Below are positions 50,213 through 64,000 of a DNA stretch of 64,000 nucleotides, piece after piece. The translations under genes were made by a program, and so were the position numbers. How positions within the stretch are numbered: the first letter of the stretch is position 1; each line of letters opens with the position of its first letter. The notes under the pieces are model-generated. The model searched no databases and was not told where the DNA came from. It worked only from the letters and a program-made list of their open reading frames with translations. This DNA is from the human T2T-CHM13v2.0 reference genome, Homo sapiens: assembly GCF_009914755.1 (NCBI RefSeq), contig NC_060929.1, one strand, 5' to 3'.

Positions 50213-51331
50213 TCAACTTAATGTCACTAGCTGCATTAACCCCTAACAGAAAGGTCAGCCTGTTCTTTGAAACTCTGAAGCCAGGCATTAACTTCTCTCT
50301 AGCTATGAAAGTCCTAGACGACATCTTTTTCCAATAGAAAGCTATTTTGTCTACACTGAAAATTTGTTGTTTGATGTAACCACCTTCATCAGTTATTCTA
50401 GTTAGGTTTTCTAGAGAACTTGCTGCAGCTTCTCCATCTGCACTTGTTGCTTCATCTCCACTTTTACATAATGGAGACAGCTTCTTTCCTTAAACCCCAT
50501 GAACAAACCTCTGCTAACTTGCAACTTATCTTCTGCAGCTTCCTCACTTCTCTCAGCCTTCATACAATTGAAAACAGTCTTCCTTTGGATTAGGCTTTGG
50601 CTTAAGGGAATGTTGTGGCTGGTTTGATTTTCCCAGGCTGCTCAAACTTTCTTTGTATCAGCAATAAGGCCGTTTTGCATTCTCATCATTTGTGTGTTTA
50701 CTGGAGTAGTGCCTTTAATGTCCTTCAAGAACTTTTCCTTTGCATTCACAGCTTGATTGTTTGGCTTAAAAGACCTAGCTTTTGGTCTGTCTTGATTTTG
50801 ACAAGGCTTCCTCAGTAAGCTTAATCATTTTTAGCATTTCTAGCTTTTGATTTAAAGTGAGATATGTGCAACTCTTCCTTTCACTTGAACATGTAAAGGC
50901 CATTGTAGGACAATTAATAATTGTCCTAAATTCAATATTTTTGTATCTCAGGGAATAGAGATCCCTGAGGAGAGGGAGAGAGAGAGACAGGGGAATGGCT
51001 GGTTGGTGGAGCAGTCAGAACAAGCACAACATCCATGGATTAAGTTTGCTATCTTCTACGGTCACAGTTTGTGGAGCCCCTAAAAGATTACAATAATCAC
51101 ATCAGAGATCACTGATTACAGATCACTGCAATAAAAATAATAATGGAAAAGCTGGAAATATTGTGAGAATTGCCAAAATGTGACACACTGGCACATTGAT
51201 ACAGAGACACGAAGTGAGCACATGCTATTGGAAAAATAGGCCGATAGACTTGCTCGATGCAGGGTTGCCACAAACCCTTAATTTATTTAAAAAATACAGT
51301 ATCAGCAAAGGTTAATATAACAAGGCATACC
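50213..51331 (-). mobile_element. Tigger1 5' ~1.1 kb with decayed transposase N-terminus
   Basis: Reverse complement starts aggtatgccttg...gtttgtggcaaccctgcatcgagcaagtctatcggcc; remnants of the CENP-B-type HTH/DDE ORF. Confidence 0.93.
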
Positions 51332-51419
51332 TTCATTTGACAATACTACCAAGATGACTTGTAAAACTTTAGGGTGATTCCTTTTTTTCTCTGTATGTGT
51401 ATGTTAAAAACAGAGGTAT

Positions 51420-51620
51420 CTTTTAGTGACAAGAACAAAGCCTTCAGTTTCCAGGCTTGCCATGGGCCAAGCTTCAGATTCTCTGACTTTTGTTATCTCT
51501 AAAATGGGAAACTATTTATATATTCCATGCCTACCACTAAATTGTTTTGAGAATTGAATAAGTTAATATACATGATTGTGTGATTTTAGTTTGAAAAATG
51601 ATACAATTAAATATAAATAT
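51420..51620 (+). mobile_element. MIR fragment
   Basis: tctctaaaatgggaa...gcctacc...ttgttttgagaattgaataagttaatatacatg. Confidence 0.6.
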
Positions 51621-52525
51621 AAATTGATGATATTATTAAGTACATGAAGTTCTAAAATATGATAAGGTAATTCACTGGATATTCAAGCAACATTATTCAA
51701 AGGAAGATCAAAATAAACAATTCAGATTTAGAAAAAGGACCTTAAAAACTTAAGTGATATTGTCCACAGTCACATAATGTTCTAACAGAACAGAATTTTG
51801 GCATTTTGGGGTTCCCAGTGGTTCCTTTAGTCAATAGAGTCTTGATGCCTCAAACATCAGATAATATAAAACCTGCACCTACTACCATGTTTAAAAAGAC
51901 ATATACCATATAGAGTGATTTCCTGTTTCACTTTGTGTGTATACATGCACGTGCATTTATGTGCATATACATGTGTGTCTGAATTCTTTTATGAATGAAA
52001 TTAAACATGGAATTAAGAAGCTCATATTAGGGATTTATCATTAATCAGAAACTTCCTACGAAAAGGTCTATGCAGATGCAGTCCAACTTTGACAGCTGTT
52101 TTGTGTACAAATCAGTATGAGGTAATTTAATTTTTATATCATAACACAGAAGAACTGTAGATCATGGATGGCCTCCTATATTATAAAAAATTACATTTTG
52201 TAAAATTATGTTATTGAATGTGTTTCATTATATTTTACTGAAAACTTATAATCTATATATATTATTGCTATGATTTTGTTTACAACCAATATTACATTTT
52301 TATTTAAAAGTAATTTAAAATTTATTCTTTTTAGAAATATTCTTTCATTTGAACAAACTGTTTTCTGTGTTGGCTGAGCATTTTGTAATATCAAACTTTC
52401 CCTACATGAACAATATCAATTGTATGAGAAACAGTGTAGTTTAGATGAGTCTCAGTGTAAAAATTAAAGAAAAAAAAAGAAAAAGAAGCTAAGGATGAAG
52501 GCCTGAGGAGTGGTAGGGGACACTC

Positions 52526-52935
52526 TGATGTGCTGTGTAGAAGCCCCCTTTTGGGACCAAACACTCATCCCATCAGGGATCTGCTGAGTACCTGTCTGGA
52601 AATTGTCCTCTGCCAATATGTGCCACTTTATTCAAAGTTACACACCTTGCCGTGGGGCAGCCCACGTTCAATGGCTGATCAACACAGGATGAAAAAGCTC
52701 AGCCTCCTTTTCTCACTTTGGGACCACTCCGAAGAGATGATTTCATCTTCAAATCTTCCTGAGGCATTGGCTACAGCCTTTCATCAGCTGCATCACAGAT
52801 CAATGTTTCTTTCTGCCCAATCTTGTTTCCCTCATTCCTTTGCAGGTATTGTCCTTGAGGTGCTTCTCAATAAGCCTCCTGCACAGGAATCCCTCTATCA
52901 CAGTCTATTTCCCCAAGTTACTCAATCTAAGAGAC
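52526..52935 (+). mobile_element. LTR16-like ERVL LTR
   Basis: ggggcagcccacgttcaatggctgatc...tctgcccaatcttgtttccctca...ctcaataagcctcctgcac...tctaagagaca. Confidence 0.8.
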
Positions 52936-53035
52936 AGAAGAATACGTTTTTAAAACTCAATCCTGTCAAGTAAATGGAAACTTCTGAACTGAGGAGAAAG
53001 ATACTCATAGAGGTTTTGGAAACCTGCTTAATCAT

Positions 53036-53423
53036 CATTATGGTTTTGATCAGTGTCCTCACCCAAATCTCACGCTGAATTGTAATCCCCAATGTTGGAG
53101 GTGGGGCATGGTGGGAGGTGATCGGATCATAGGGTTGGATTTCCTCCGTGGCACTGTATCACAATAGTGAGTGAGTTCTTGTGAAATGTGGTTATTTAGA
53201 AGTGTGTGGCACATTCCCTCTTTTTCCTGCTCCAACCATGTGAGACCACTTGCTCCTCCTTGCTTTCTGCCATGATTGTTAATTCCTGGAGGCACCACCA
53301 GAAGCTGATGCCACTATGCTTCCTGTACATCCTGCAGAACCATGAGCCAATTAAACCTCTTTTCTTTGTAAATTACCCAGTCTCAGGTATTTCTGTATAG
53401 CAATGCAAGAAGAGACTAATACA
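53036..53423 (+). mobile_element. MSTA/B solo LTR with TSD
   Basis: cacccaaatctca...tgtaatccccaatgttggaggtgggg...aaattacccagtctcaggtatttc...ctaataca; ATCAT at 53031-53035 and 53424-53428. Confidence 0.93.
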
Positions 53424-53489
53424 ATCATGCTGATAGTGGATATCCTTTTCTCTTTTTGGAATACCAGAAGATGGAGGCTGTTATTTTGC

Positions 53490-55000
53490 AAGGGTGGTTA
53501 GGGAAGTTTTTTTCTGATAAAGTGAGAGTTGAGTAGAGACCTGACAAAAAGGAAGGAGCAAGGGTTATAGCTTTCTGGAAAGAAGAGTGTTCCAGAGAAA
53601 GAGAATATCAAGTACAAAGACCACTAGGTCTTTGGTTGCATACTCCAGCAATGGCAGAGACTCATTCCAGTGTGTGGCTGGGGCAGAATAAGCAAAGAGG
53701 AGAACTGTATAGGAGATACAGTCCATAAGGCAAGTATGTTAGACCATGTAACACCCTATGCCATTATATGACTGGATTTTACTTTGAGATGGGAAGACAT
53801 TGGAGGAATTTGAATAGAGAATTAACTTAATCTGATTTATGGTTTAAAAGTTCCCACTGGTTAGTATTTGAGATTAGATTTATGGAACAAAAATGAAAGG
53901 CAAATAGGAAGATATAAGAATAATCCAGGTGAGAGATGTTTCTGCTAAACCAGCATGATAGAGGAAAATGTGATAAAAAGTGTTTGCATTCTGAGTATTA
54001 GAATCAACAGGATCTGCCGATGGATTGGATGTGGGGTGTAAAAGAAAGAAATGAGTCTAGGATGACTGTAAGATTTTTTGGTCTGAACAATTAGAAAGAT
54101 GAAGTTTCAATTTTTTGAAATGGGGAAGAACAGAGCAGACGAAATGGGAAAGAATGGTAAACACACATGAAAAAGGGAAGATCAGAACAGATTTTCTGGG
54201 GAGGCCAAAATCAGGAGTTTTGTTTGGAGCATTTGGAGAGTCTATGTAGCCATCCAAGGGGAGATGTCAAGTAAGCAGTAAGCGATGAGTCTATACAGTT
54301 CAGGGCAACATGCAGGCTGGAAGTATAACTTTGGGGTTATTGATAATATACTTGGTATGCAAAGCAAGAAACTGGATGAGGTCCTTAGGACATGAGTATA
54401 GACAGAAAAGTCTGGACACTGAGCCCTAGGGTGCTCCAACATTTACAGGTTAGGGAGATGAGAAAAAGCAAAAATACTAAAAAGAAGTTGCCAGTATGGT
54501 TGGAGGAAAAAAAAATGTAGTCTCCTGGAAACCAAGTGAGAAAATTGTTTTAAGGATTAGGGAGTGGTCAAGAATCTCAAATACTACTTTTAGGTCAAGT
54601 AAGATGACCTGGAAAATGTCCATTGGATTTAGCAACATGGTGGTTCCTAGTGACTTTAACAAGAACTGTGTCTCTGAAGTGTTGAGGAATAAAGACTGAC
54701 TACACAGTACAGAAGGGAATTTTGATAAAGGAAAGGAAGACAGTGAGTATTGACACATCCTTTGAATAGCTGTGCTGTAAAAGAAAGCAGATAAATAAAA
54801 TCTGAAAGGAGACATGGGGTCAATAAAGTTTTTTGATTTTCTTTTGTTTTTCAAAGGGAATGTAAGGTGCTTGTATGCAGATGTAGGAGAGAGGGGAGAA
54901 TTACTGGAGCAATATTATCAGGCAAAAAAGAGAGAGTGGGATCTTGTGCACCAGTCGAGGAGTTGGCCTTTGGTAGGAACAGCTGTAGTAATAAGAATGG
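53490..55000 (-). mobile_element. L2 (~1.5 kb)
   Basis: aatccaggtgagagatg, gatggattggatgtggggtg, ccattggatttagcaacatgg. Confidence 0.88.
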
Positions 55001-55094
55001 TATTAGATTGAATAAGCTGATACCATGAAATAGTAACCTATATACCAAATTGTTACTTGGGTTTTTAAAATTAAAAAAATGCATCCTTTAACAT

Positions 55095-55720
55095 ATTAAG
55101 CACTGTCATTATCAGTAGAAAATAATTGGAAAACAAAACTGCATTGAGGTACCATTTTTCACTCATCTGACTGGAAAAGATGGAAATGTTTGCTAGTACA
55201 CTGTATAGGAAGAATGTGGAGAAACTGTTACTCTCATATGCTGTTGGCAGGAGTGTAATTGGTAATTTTTCAAATATTTATTAAATTTACAAATGTAAAA
55301 TGCACCCGGTGCCAGAAATTACACTGCTAGTTTGTTCTACAGATATACTTACATATGTGGGAAGTGGCATTTATTCAAGATTATTTATTGCAGCACAGTT
55401 TGTAATAGGAGAGAATGACAGACAATTTAAATATTTATCCATAGCAGACTGATGTATAAATCGTGGTGCATCCATATAATGAAATTAGATATAGCTATAA
55501 AGCAGGGATAGGATAGCCCTTTATCTATTGATAAAAAGAGACCTCTGAGTAGTATTGTTGAGTAGTAATAAAACAAGGTATAGAAGAGTGTGTACAGCCT
55601 AAATGATTTGTGAAAAAATCATATATATATGTGAGTCACACACATACAGATACATATATAGGCTTGCATATGCCTAAATATCTCCAGAAAGATACACAAA
55701 ATCTTTTAAAAACATATTAC
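55095..55720 (+). mobile_element. L1ME/MC 3' fragment
   Basis: gaggtaccatttttcactcatc...ctctcatatgctgttggcaggagtgtaattgg...ttattgcagcacagtttgtaatag. Confidence 0.8.
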
Positions 55721-56215
55721 ATGGAGGGCACTTTACTAGTTCATTTTTCATATGATGACCTATTTCAATAATAATGTCTATTTCTGTAAAATATATGGGA
55801 AATAAATAAAATAAAATGTTTGTGACAATACTGTTCAACTAGCAGCTGAATATTTTAATTATAAACAGCTCCCAATTTTAAATCTAAAGAAGTCAGATAA
55901 TTAAAATGTTTTATATTTGATGTATCAAACAACCTATTTCACATTTTAAACAAGAGTTTACAATGTTATCATTTGTAACTTTTACTTTGAGTGATACATT
56001 TTAATAAAGGATAACTGAATTTCATAATACATGGTCTGTGCTCTAAATACTTTAATAAATTCTCTATTAATGTTATCAATTACATTTAAACTATGCTCAA
56101 TAATATATTCAAATATATTATTCCTAATATAATACTAATAAAATATTAAATATATTGGTAAACAGCATCAATTTTAATCCTCCTAAATTTATCTTAGATT
56201 TAGATTTTTTACAGA

Positions 56216-56271
56216 TATCTATCTATATCTATCTATCTATCTATCTATCTTTCTATCTATCTATCTGTCTA
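56216..56271. repeat. (TATC)n interrupted microsatellite
   Basis: Direct reading of the sequence. Confidence 0.95.
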
Positions 56272-58125
56272 ATTCCTTTATTGTTGCAATCTTACATGGA
56301 AAACAGACTATATAGCTACTTGAAAGTGTAGTGCAATTCTTCCAATTTAAATCTGTTTTTTGATTCAGTTACATTTCTTTCAGATTCTGGGCAATTGAAA
56401 TCTTGCTTTGTTCTATATATTAAGCCTACAGAAATGTAGAAAAGCCATGGCCATTTTGTTTTTCCTTCAGTTACTTAAGTTTGCTCATAGTTTTAACCCT
56501 TTTTTTAGGGGTGGGAAACGGGGACTTTACTATGATGAATATGTCACAACAAATGCATGTTAAAAATCATATTTGAGAATAATCCTGTTAGATTAAGTGA
56601 TATCAAATTAGACAATGCTAAATATTTACACATTTTGGAATGTAGGATTCTGTTTTTTTAATGTTATTGACTATACTTTCTAAGGTGCCACTTGTCAAAC
56701 TTATTTCTAGGAGTCAACAAATGCTGTTAATTTCCAGATTTATAACATACAGTCTTGAAACACTATAGTGGTATCTTTTGTCAGAACAAAGTACTAGTTG
56801 ACAATTCAAAGAAATACCTTTTTCTGAATGGTGTATTGTTAAGAGGAAATACTTGTGAACAAAAGGTGGAAATCACCGAACTAGGAATCAGGTATCACAG
56901 GTTGAGAACAAGAGTAGTGAATAGAATATATGGGCAAAGTCTAACGGCTTGAATGACAGCTCAAAGACAAGATGGGATTTCACCCATTTTCAAAACATTA
57001 CTTTTGTGTTCTACTTTAAAGTACCTGGCTGTCTCTCTTTAATTCAAATGATAGTAAATATTCAGTGCCTCAGCATATATATGAGCTTCCATTTGTTCAA
57101 GGGTGGTAGAAGTATTCATGTTTTACTGGACTTCATTCAGGAACTAGATCCTTTAAAAAGATTCACATTCTAAGATGTATTTTACAGATTATAGATCTAT
57201 AATTTATAGATTAGTTCTTTACATGTATATGCTGTAACTGTTTTATTTTTCCTCATTGAAAATACTAGGATTGTGAAATAGAGACAAAATATAGTCAAAT
57301 CTAAGGTAATCAAATTATTAATCTACCTCTAATAGCTAAGGTCAAGAAATACAAACACCTGTTAATATGTTAAGGTATGTAAATAATCAATTCTGCCTAT
57401 TTAATTCTGAAAATATTCATAGAAATATTTTATACTCCCCCTTTGTAAAGGTGCTCTTTAATCAAATTCATCTGTAATCATCTATCTAAGTATTACTAAT
57501 TAGGGCAGTTCTAGAGACCTGAAACACCCTTGCAATACTACTGTAAAAAATCACTAGGTAATTTAAAGACACGTATTATTTTGAGTGATGACTTTGTGAA
57601 TGAAAGATAAATATCACATTATCAGGAAGCAAATACCCAGGAGGAGATAATGCAAAGTAGGGAAAAAGACTACAAATTTGAAAGCTATCTCAAAAACACA
57701 ATTTGGGGCAATTATAACCTATAATTTCTCTTTTGGGGCAGTGGCAAATCAAACTAATACAGGACCAGGTTACACAAAATGAAATAACATGGGTTTTGGG
57801 TGGAAGTTGAGATAAGATTTTGGAGTTGAAGATTATTTTTATAATAGGAATTTTATTTATTTTACTGAATAATTAGACTACAAGAAAAGTTGGCTTAAAT
57901 TATAGTCTATCACAAAATTTTAATAGATGAAATTAAATAGAAAATTAGTATAATGAGAGATGTCATCCTCAAAATATTTAAACAAATAACTTGTGAATGT
58001 TTCCTATAAGGTAGATTAAAATGAAAGTAACAACAAAATTATTCTTCTGTGATGAGTTTAAACACTTCAGCAATTACTTTATCTGAGTAAACTTCTATTT
58101 CAGTGTCTGAATATTCTCCTTGCAG

Positions 58126-58240
58126 GGAACTAGGATGGAACCTACATATGACACTTATTTGAAAAGAAACCCATCTTCAAACTATAGATTTACTGAGAAA
58201 AGGCTAGTACTCTGTTGGACTTTGGAAGACATGACTTTTG
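58126..58240 (+). other. Candidate 115-nt exon
   Basis: Acceptor attctccttgcAG, donor TTG|GTACGT; one frame open (GTRMEPTYDTYLKRNPSSNYRFTEKRLVLCWTLEDMTF), not recognised. Confidence 0.25.
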
Positions 58241-58289
58241 GTACGTATGTATTTGTGAATTTTAGAGCAAACAAAAGGAAACTTTGAGA

Positions 58290-58450
58290 TCCTAGAGTCA
58301 CTGCTGTTGGAAATAACCTTGGTAGACATGTACTATGCCTCATTTTGATAAGGGAAGTAAACTCACTCCAGAGGGATTAAATACTTTTCTCAGGATCATG
58401 TAGCTAGTTAACGGCAGTTCTAGTTTTAACTAGGACTTCCTAACTGTCTT
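58290..58450 (-). mobile_element. MIR fragment
   Basis: cctcattttgataaggg...agagggattaaatacttttctcaggatcatgtagctagttaacggcag. Confidence 0.7.
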
Positions 58451-60929
58451 CTGAGATGGTGGCTCCTCCAGAGCATCACTCAGATTTATCTGCACTCTTG
58501 CATTCTTGTGATTGTCACCCTGCCCATGCTTTCGCCATTTCTTATGGGGTCGACTGCCACAGTGCTGTTTCTGTGACGTAATAAAAAGGGAGGTCATTGT
58601 GCATTTCATTCTTTGGCGGCCTGTCCTACTGTACCATTAGCAAGCTCAGTAAGATGGAAATGAGATGGCAGGATGAAGATAGATGGTCCTCTAGGCTTTC
58701 ATCTTCTCTTCCATCCATCCATCTGTAAGACATTCTTCCTTCCTGCTTTTACACTCACCCCTCCAGTGGCCTGCACTGTATGCTTTCCATCTTTTCCATT
58801 TTAAGACTGTCTGAATGTTCATTTTCACTTGATTCTATATCATAAAATGCCCCATATTTTTTGGAAGTAGAGATGACAGGATGATTTTAGTTAAAATATG
58901 TCTGAGGACTCATCTCTTCCAAGTTTGGCCCCATCTGTGATGTCCACATATGCTGATACCCCATCTCCAAACTATCCCCTACAGAACTCTCAGGTTAATC
59001 TTAAAGCACAGATTTCTCTGGTGTCATTCTTATTCTTAAAAGTATAAATTTACTCTCAATACTTATAGACATAATTCCTTAGTTGGATATTTAAGATTTT
59101 CCACAATTTCTTCCCTAAGTTCTGTGACATCTCTAGCCACTCATCTCAATGAACACACTATTCCAGTCCTAGTTGTATTATTACTTCTGTCTATTCAATA
59201 AACTATTTTTCCAGGCTCTTTTTTTAAAGACATTGTTCCTGGTGTTGAGAATGTCATGACAGGTGAATATTAACCACTAATGTTGGCGATAAAGAACCCT
59301 ACCCAGTCAATATTGCCAACAATATCTCCATTACTATTATTATTTACCAGGGTAGGTAAATAATATTAACACATACTATAACTTACATGTGCAGAAAAAT
59401 GTAACATTAATTTTATCTATAATTAATCTAATCTCCCTACTGAGCCCTACTCTTCAGATAGCAGAAAACTCTCTGAACCTGGGTCCCCCTCTCTCCAAAG
59501 TAATGAGACTAAATGTTCAAATGTGTTTAAACCTTACTCTGGTCCTATAATTTAAATACTCCACTTAGGTAAAGTTCAATCTTTCTAGGAGCAAATGCTC
59601 AGTCTCTTAAAAGTTTAAATCTTCTGTTCTTCCTCCTGGTTCCTTTCTAAGATGGTATCTGTTCAATGGGTGAGGACAAGGGAGTGGTATGTATCAGAAA
59701 GAAAAACTAGGAGTCCTTGGGCAAGGTGTCCCTTGTTTCTCTGGTCTGTGGGCTAATGTCCCACGCCTACATGGTTGTTATTTGTCTTGCTCGTATTTGC
59801 AGCTGAAATCAGTGGTTGGTGTTCCTCTTGGTACTCCCAGGAACATTCACTTGCATCCTATCTAATGATGGTGCCCCAGACCCCTTTAAGTCCACTCTGG
59901 GTGATGTACTTTGCCTCCCTTAACAGAGAGCCTCCCAACTCCCCAACATCTGTAAATTCTCCACTCAGATTCAGTTCTATTTTTGCTACTTGGAATGATA
60001 GCCGAGGAAAACCACACTTCAGGATTTCTCTCTGCCTGACTGTAATGCATTAATTTCTTCACTTTTCTGGGCCACCCTCTTGTTGTGGGGCTCCCTGTAC
60101 TGAGTCCTAAATTAGGAATGTACACAAAAGACCTGACCGAGCTTCTCTATGCTAATTCGTTTATCTAACCTGTCTTCCATTTCCAGGGCAAAATTGGGAC
60201 CATGTCTTGTCTACTGGTATGTCTCTCTCTTTCTCAGTTCATACATTGTAGTCTGAAGAGAATAGCTTTCCTCACACCTTCTCCCTCATATGATTTTGTT
60301 GTGAGCTACAGAACAGCATGCCTCATGACCTAGCCATTCTGTATTATGCAGAGGCTCTATGAACATGGTCTCCAAGTTTGGTCCTGATATGGGACAAATG
60401 AGAGGCAGAAGAAATGAGCAGATGCTTTCTTAAGACAATAACTGGCTTGTAAGATTTTCTTCTTATAAAAAGATTTTATTTTAGAATATCAGAGGCTGAG
60501 TATTATACAAGCCTGTCTTTTCACATTCCTTCCATAACAAACTCAATCTCTCCCTAGGTAGATGAACGCTTCAGGCCAACAAGGAGGTAGTTACATACTC
60601 ATACAAAAGAAATGAGCACATTATTATCTTTCAAAAGTAATATACTGATGTTACATTATTATTTTGCTGTTAGTAGCTCTGGATTTCATGGATTGCCTGC
60701 AATCAATTTGTTTTTCGTTGTTCTCTATAACTACAATTTCTTGGGTTTATCAGTTTTTCTTGTGAGGTCATGCTGCCTTTTCATGGACTCTTGTTTTAGC
60801 CCATGTTCTCTAGATAACAGAGCCTGAGAAAAGAATGAAAAAGCTGACATCTTGTTTGGGAGGTACATATATATAAAAAGGAGGGAGGAAAAAATAGAAG
60901 TTAGTGAATTGTGACTGGTCAGGAAATAG

Positions 60930-61415
60930 AGAAAGAATGCTCCTACAGGGGGAATGGTTCATGTAAAGATTTAGAGATGACAGGGAGAATGTGACTTATG
61001 AAGGGAATTGAAGCGAGGCCAAGATGGCTGAAATACCAAGTTGGACTGAGAATGACACAGACATCACTGGAGAGATAGGCAAGGGCTGATGTATGTAGGG
61101 CCTGTGTTAGTAAGCTAACACAGTAAGCTAACTGGGAAGCTCTTAAGTAATAGGAAGAAAATATTTTATTTTTAAAAGTATTCTGGCTGCTGTTTGGGGA
61201 ATAGATGGGAGATGAGCAAGAGGAAAGCAGAGAGGCCAGAAAAGAAGATGATGTGATCTGGGCAGGAGATGTGATAGCTTCAATTTGGGCCATGGTGGGG
61301 ATGGAAAGAGAAGTAACAGACTTGACAATATTGAAAAACTTACTATTGTATTGCCAGTACCTACTATACAAATGGACTGGAAAGAAGGAGGAAATTGTAG
61401 ATGATCTCTAGGTTA
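60930..61415 (-). mobile_element. L2 fragment
   Basis: tttttaaaagtattctggctgctgtttgggga...gcaggagatgtgatagctt. Confidence 0.7.
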
Positions 61416-61424
61416 AATATTACA

Positions 61425-61711
61425 TTTACTTTTATTTTAAGTTCCAGGGTGTATGCGCAGGATGTGCAGGTTTGTTACATAGGTAAACATGTGCTATGGT
61501 GGTTTGCTGCACAGATCAACCCATCACCTAGGTATTAAGCCCAGCATGCATTAGCTATTTTTCCTAATGCTCTCCCTCCTCTTACCCCACCCTGCAGCAG
61601 ACCCCAGTGTGTGTTGTTCCCCTCCCTGTGTTCATGTGTTCTTATTGTTCAGCTCTCACTTATAAGTGAGAACATGTGGTGTTTGGATTTCTGTTCTTGT
61701 GTTAGTTTGCT
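61425..61711 (-). mobile_element. L1PA (about PA10-13) 3' end
   Basis: gtgcaggtttgttacataggtaaac...cccatcacctaggtattaagcccagcatgcattag...cacttataagtgagaacatg. Confidence 0.93.
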
Positions 61712-62877
61712 TGTGTGCTAGACCCACTCAGTCTGATTCGAAGTACCAACCGGTCCTTGGAGGCAACTTCTCACACTCACACTCTGTATCTTGCCACCCT
61801 CAATTACTCACTGCTCCGTAGTGAACTTTTTCATACCACCTTTGATTTGTATTATTCACTAAGCCAGAAATGCCCTTCTAATTACCACTGTCAAACTCAT
61901 TGTTTAAGATTTCTAAGAAATATATCTTTTTTTCTCAAGACTTTCCTCTTCGTTTTAGTTGAAACAAATCACTTTTTCCTTGGAGGCTCATAGTACCTTA
62001 AAAAAGCAAGCTAGCTTTTGGGGAACACATACAATAGATTGCTATGGTTAGATTGAAGGTCTGTATCTTGATCTAGATTTTAATGACTGAGGAAAAGCAT
62101 CCTATTTTATTTGTGTACCCTCCTCAAAACTCAGTTTCCTATTGTATGTGGTAGCACTAAATGGATATTTCCTTTTCCTTCCTTGTATTATCTTTACTAA
62201 AGATATTAAAATTGTACAATCTAACCTACTTAATCAGACATTTTTAGGAATGAAAGTTATTGGTTTATGATGCCTTCTGCCTGCCTTGGCTCTTCAAGAT
62301 CAATATCAAAAACCCAGGGCAACTGGAATAGGAGATCCATGAGTTGGAGTGATTTTAGGAGTCTCCAAAGCTTCCACTTTTCCTTGATTGTTCCTGAAAT
62401 TACTCATTAGTTTAAGTCAAGGCATTTAAAATGCAAATATTAATATAGTCATTAACACCTGGAAATTAGCTCACTAGAACTGATAACCAATTCTTGATAA
62501 CTTCTTGGGAAATTAGATAGAGGAAAGATAAGTTTTGAAGAGAAGGGAAGCAAATTGAGGATATCGTCTCAGAGAGGAGTTTCCGTCATTCTTTGTTTAA
62601 GATCATTAGAGGATTGGGAAAGAAAGTGCTGAAATAGAAGCCTAAGTAAAAAGGAAAACAAGGCTGAAGAGGGGGAAGAGAAAGGAAACTGATATTTATG
62701 AGCGCTTATAGTAGGCCAAGTTCTGTGCTAGACCTCTCTTTGTTTGTTAGATCATGTTGCCATGAAGAGAGTGATGAAGAGTAACTGCCTAATTTACAAT
62801 TTTACCCAATCTTTCCATGAATAAATCTGTCCCTCAGAGCCCTTTACTCATATAACAAGAATTTATTGATCATTTCC

Positions 62878-63373
62878 TGCAATACATCACTTTCACTCAT
62901 GACCTTAGTTTTTCTTACCTCCCTGTATCCAAGCCCTTTGATAGCGCCTTCTCACACTGACTCTGACCTTGGCCATGGGCCTTGCTTTTGCCAATAGACA
63001 AATGTGACACAAGCAGAGGCTTAAGAAGCACCTATGCATTTTCACTTGTCCTTTTGCAAGATTGAGATTGCTTGCTCTTGCATCTCTGCCTGGTCATGAG
63101 TAAGTGCCTGAACCAGCCTGCTGAAGAAATGTGAGATGCACATGGAGAAGAGCTGAGACCAGCTGACCCTGAAGATGTGGTAGAATAGCCAAGGACAACA
63201 GAGCCTATCCAACCCATTGCACGCTACTGATGCATGAATAAACCAAGTCACGACCCCCAAAAACCACTCAACTGATCTTCAGACTTTTGAGAAATAGCAA
63301 ATTGTTGTTTAACCCACTGAGTTTTGGGGCGATTTGTAACACAGCATTGTTGTAGTAATAGATAATCTGCTAC
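62878..63373 (+). mobile_element. MLT1H-like LTR inserted in an antisense L2 tail (L2 continues to ~63790)
   Basis: aatgtgacacaagcagaggcttaa...ccactgagttttggggcgatttgtaacacagcatt...agataatctgctaca. Confidence 0.85.
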
Positions 63374-63814
63374 ATACCAGATACTGTGATATGTGCCAGG
63401 AATACACAGATAAATGGCCTTGTCCTCAAGGTGTTAATTTTCTTGTGTGGAAGCCAGCAACACTGAGACCACTGGTATAACAATAATAATAATTACTAAT
63501 AATAAGTAATAATAATAACAGTAGTTCTATAAAAACCAAGAGGAGAATGCTTCCAGCTACCTAAGAGAGTGTGGCAAAAGGAGGTGACATTTAAGCAAGT
63601 TCTTGAAGAACAGGGAAGAATTTCCCCTGTGGACAAGAGTGAAGGACAACTGAGGTAGAGGGAAAAATGTGTTTAAAAAGAGGGAAGCATATCAAAGGAA
63701 AAGTCAAGAGGAACTGTAGGAAGTGGGGCTAGAGTGTGGTTGGTTGGGACCAATGGGAAGAATCTTGGGCACTTTAGGCATTCAACTTACTTTTTATGTA
63801 CTCAGGACACATTT

Positions 63815-64000
63815 GTATATAAGCCCATGCTTATCTACGGGTTCTTGGAAACTGATACTTCAAGTGAAATGACATACAATGAAACAAATTTTATTATAGG
63901 CTAATTGATTGATATAAGACTTAAGTTCCTATGGCATATTTCTGGTTACAAAAACATCAACAAATTCTTAAATAAAGACCAAGACACTTCTAACATTAAA
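63815..64000. mobile_element. MER82 (Tigger), runs off the window
   Basis: ggttcttggaaactg...ataggctaattgat...taagttcctatggcatatttctggt...aaataaagaccaa. Confidence 0.88.

Noticed and set aside
52530-52973. 147-aa ORF
   Set aside because: Lies almost wholly in an LTR16-like element, has a non-ATG start and no recognisable domain
60943-61411. 142-aa and overlapping ORFs (also 14533-14922, 54477-54854)
   Set aside because: L2-derived decayed sequence

Overview
AT-rich, CpG-depleted primate (human-like) intronic/intergenic DNA. It is dense in interspersed repeats: AluY/AluJ, L1PA/L1PB/L1M, L2, MIR, MaLR and ERVL LTRs, Tigger1, MER20/33/82/94 and MADE1. I recognise no known protein-coding gene, and most track ORFs are repeat-derived or chance. 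The most notable feature is an ancient ~1 kb inverted duplication that I cannot match to any repeat family (arms ~43.55-44.61 kb and ~47.46-48.40 kb). It has a much better conserved core containing an identical 27-bp FOX + nuclear-receptor block and outward-pointing splice signals. From the left arm, a chain of minus-strand candidate exons can be joined into a 135-codon frame. Other points: an L1PB insertion with an apparent 3' transduction, possible decayed coding exons on the minus strand, several enhancer-like motif clusters and perfect palindromes. All alignments, subfamily calls and boundaries were made by eye and are approximate.
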